A stretch of DNA of 12,133 nucleotides from positions 1-12,133 of the forward strand of contig NW_021826675.1 in assembly GCF_006345805.1 (NCBI RefSeq), given 5' to 3'. Source of the DNA: Octopus sinensis. Lineage: Eukaryota. Shown here piece by piece: positions 9,047 to 12,133 of this stretch. The position numbers and the translations under genes are program-made. Each line of letters opens with the position of its first letter. The stretch's first letter is position 1. The notes beneath the pieces are model-generated. The model worked only from the letters and a program-made list of their open reading frames with translations, was not told the origin of the DNA and did not search any database.

Positions 9047-9800
9047 TTATACTGTAGGTACAAGCCCTGAAATGTGGGGGAAGGGATTAAGTCGATTACA
9101 TCGACACTAGTGTTCATCTGGTACTTAATTTATCGAACCCCGAAAGGATGAAAGGCAAAGTCGTCCTTAGCGGAATTTGAATTCAGAACATGAAGACAGA
9201 CGAAATACTTATTTATTTCTTTACTACCCACAAGGGACTAAAAACAGAGAGGACAAACAAGGACAGACAAAGGGGTTAAGTCGATTACATCGACCCCAGT
9301 GCGTAGCTGGTACTTATTTAATCGACCCCAAAAGGATGAAAGGCAAAGTCGTCCTTAGCGGAATTTGAATTCAGAACATGACGACAGACGAAATACCTAT
9401 TTCTTTACTACCCACAAGGGGATAAAAACAGAGAGGACAAACAAGGACAGCAAAGAGTTTGTTAGCGATTACTCGACCCCATGCGTAGCTGTACTTATTT
9501 AATCGACCCCAAAAGGATGAAAGGCAAAGTCGTCCTTAGCGGAATTTGAATTCAGAACATGAAGACAGACGAAATACCTATTTCTTTACTACCCACAAGG
9601 GGCTAAAAACAGAGAGGACAAACAAAGGGGTTTAGTCGATTACATCGACCCCAGTGCGTAGCTGGTACTTATTTAATCGACCCCAAAAGGATGAAAGGCA
9701 AAGTCGACCTCGGCGGAATTTGAACTCAGAACTTAGCGGCAGACGAAATACCGCTAAGCATTTTGCCCGACGTGCTAACGATACTGCCAGTTCACCGCCT
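9047..9800 (-). mobile_element. Type D SINE with tandemly expanded internal unit (4 cores, 3 spacers)
   Basis: Minus-strand head aggcggtgaactggcagtatcgttagca from 9800, and B-box-like gagttcaaattcc. The core marker gtcg after aaggcaaa recurs at 9160, 9348, 9529 and 9703 (periods 188, 181, 174). Confidence 0.92.
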
Positions 9801-9834
9801 TATATACCGATGTAGTAATAGTTGCTAATTTAAT

Positions 9835-10070
9835 GGGTTTCTAATTTAGATACAGGGGTAGTAATGTTTAGAACCCGAATCAGTCCATACCAGTAACCTC
9901 AGGTTTTTATTGGTACTTTATTTTATTGACCTTGAAAGATAAAAGACAAAGATGACCTGAAAAGAATTTGAATTCTAAGAGTGAAAGAGCTGGAACAAGA
10001 ATAACAAAAGATAATCTTCGTTTTATTTTTGTTTCCTGACGTTGTGACAATTCTGCTAACTCGGCGACTT
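9835..10070 (-). mobile_element. Old degenerate type D-related SINE
   Basis: tggtactttattttattgaccttgaaagataaaagacaaagatgacctgaaaagaatttgaattc, and end ttctgctaactcggcgactt similar to tactgccagttcaccgcctt. Confidence 0.7.
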
Positions 10071-10309
10071 GCAGGAAAGAAAAAAAAATAATAGTGAATA
10101 AAATAACAGCGTTAAAAATCGATATATGTTTGTATTGAACAGTCATCCACACGATTGAACTCAATCGATCACAGGCATTTTAGTATTATTGAATATAAAG
10201 TGACAGAAGATTACTAATTGAACCGGTTATTCTATTAGCCCGGATGCAGAAATAAATTGACAAATGTATTAAATATTTAATTATTCTTTTGAGTTAGATA
10301 CTACTTCGA

Positions 10310-10420
10310 CAGCTTGCTTCACTTCATATCGTCCAGTCATTTAGCTATGGACTTACCGAGGTACAGCCATTAAATGTTTGGTCTAATTATTTTTGATTCT
10401 AACATATTTGTAAACTGGTT
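10310..10420 (-). mobile_element. Very degenerate type A-like tail
   Basis: ccagtcatttagctatggacttaccgaggtacagcc weakly resembles tcagtcatttgactgtggccatgctggagtaccgcc. Confidence 0.3.
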
Positions 10421-12065
10421 AATCAAAGCTGATAATTTTCAAATTGAACAAGGAATTAAATTTCTCTATTCCTTTATTTTCCTAAATAAAATCCAGGAAA
10501 AAAAAAACATACTGAATTTTCTTTAGAAAATACTGTTATCTTGTCTTACTGGACATTCATTTACCATTAACTATCTGTAAGAGTTAAATTAATAAAAGTT
10601 AGTATAATAATTACATCAGTATTTTCTTATGTGTTTAATGAGATATGAGATAATCTGCTGGGCGGTTTTGTTCCAAGAATTCTAAGATAACAAGTACATT
10701 AAGGTAAATTTCTTGATCTCGACTTTAAACTGATTATGAGAGAAATCTGTTATATGGCTTCGTAGATAAATTAAAATGAGGTAACTGTCTGAAGGATTAA
10801 AATATTGACTGTAATTACACAGTATGTTAGTTATCGCCTTACTGCACATACTGGTCATCTATCCGGACAAAAGAGACCGTCTTTCTACTACTGATTGTCT
10901 AAGTAGATTTAAGACAGCGCAGAAGAGGGTGAAAATATACAAGTTTCTCTAATATTAGCGATCGTAAATTGAGTTGTCTGCCAAACAGTAAAAAGAGGAG
11001 TCTTTTATGAGGTGAACAGCTTTTGTTTAGAATTTTGTTTTGTATTATCAAGAACGAGGGACCTCGGTTTCGCAGATAGGATGGGGTTAGGGAGAGGCTG
11101 AGAAACAAGTAAATTAATGTCTGTCAGCATAATTTATCGAAGCTTTGATAACGATGCCATGTTGAAAAAGTAGTTATAAAGAACGATACCAGTTGTCCGC
11201 TGACACAAGATCGTCTACTGTCAATAGCCTTGTCATGTGCTAAATCTCTTTTTGACCCAATTTTCGCTTGTAAAGGAAGAAAAGAGGGAATCCCTGCATC
11301 AGACTCTCTGTGTTGGATATTTCACCAGTTATATAACTAGTGATATTACTGTCAACTGTCCACTAATGAGAATTCTAATAGCGATTCTTTGGTGACAAAA
11401 TTCCTCAGTTCTTGGTGTCAGCTTAATTATCTTCGCAACGTAAGAGGATGATCTTACTTCGCGAGATAATCCTTGGCTGTTTGAGTTGCTTGTAATGGAT
11501 CTGTCAAAGTCTCAAGATAGCTAATAAGATACTAGAAATGATCAGGGACCCCTGTCAAAGTCTGTAAGTGAAATAATCAGAGTACAGTATGAAAAAGTGG
11601 AGACCATATCTACACATGGACAAGGGAGTGGTGTTGTATCTGCGAAACGACGACAAGCCCTCAGAATACTAAATGGCTTCACCACAATAAACAATGTTAA
11701 CAGATTTATCAAAATTCACTCAGCTCATGACAAATCATGGAAACGCTGGAAAGGAGATATATTCCAGATGTTTAACATTTTTCAGAGTGACGGCGTTGTG
11801 TGATTTTGTAGGAAATGTATTTTGTTGTCGTTCATAATGGAAATGTGTATCAAGGGAGTTTATTTTTTTTTATAGATGTGACACAAACAATATACACTCA
11901 ACATTAGGAAATGTGTAGCTTTTTTAAACTAACATAATCATGTATTTGTTCTTACAATCAGAAAAAGATGTGAGTTTTACGTACGTACGGAGAAGTGTAC
12001 TTCTAATCTTACACGACAACCCACTTGTTACATTCTCTCTACGGCTTCTCGTCTGTATTTTTCAA

Positions 12066-12133
12066 CTCTTTAACTCATTTATTTGGTTCAGTTATTTGAC
12101 TGTGGCCATACTGGAGCATGGTCTCTGAGGATT
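12066..12133 (-). mobile_element. Type A-related SINE tail running off the window edge
   Basis: ttcagttatttgactgtggccatactggagca matches 1266-1296. Confidence 0.8.

Noticed and set aside
9087-9750. CRISPR-like repeat-spacer array
   Set aside because: Units are about 180 bp, the spacers are near-identical rather than unique, the DNA is eukaryotic, and no cas genes are present.

Overview
AT-rich, non-coding eukaryotic DNA with no convincing protein-coding gene. Much of it is microsatellite ((TA)n, (TG)n, (TAT)n/(TGT)n, (GA)n, (GAAA)n) or tRNA-derived SINE. The repeat repertoire looks to me like an octopus (coleoid cephalopod) intron or intergenic region; this is recalled pattern recognition, not a database match. 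At least five SINE types occur, labelled A-E here; I cannot assign them to the published octopus OK/OR1/OR2 families. Several copies have readable target-site duplications (TSDs). The most notable observations are: (1) a Penelope-type minimal hammerhead ribozyme motif with an atypical core at 5334-5371, plus a related fragment that starts near the predicted cleavage site; (2) a fold-back element made of two inverted SINE heads at 8548-8961; (3) a SINE expanded into a tandem array with chimeric units at 9047-9800; (4) module shuffling among the SINE types; (5) a 296-bp segment bounded by 31-bp inverted repeats. I cannot claim a new biological system from the sequence alone. Nearly all supplied ORFs are repeat artefacts.
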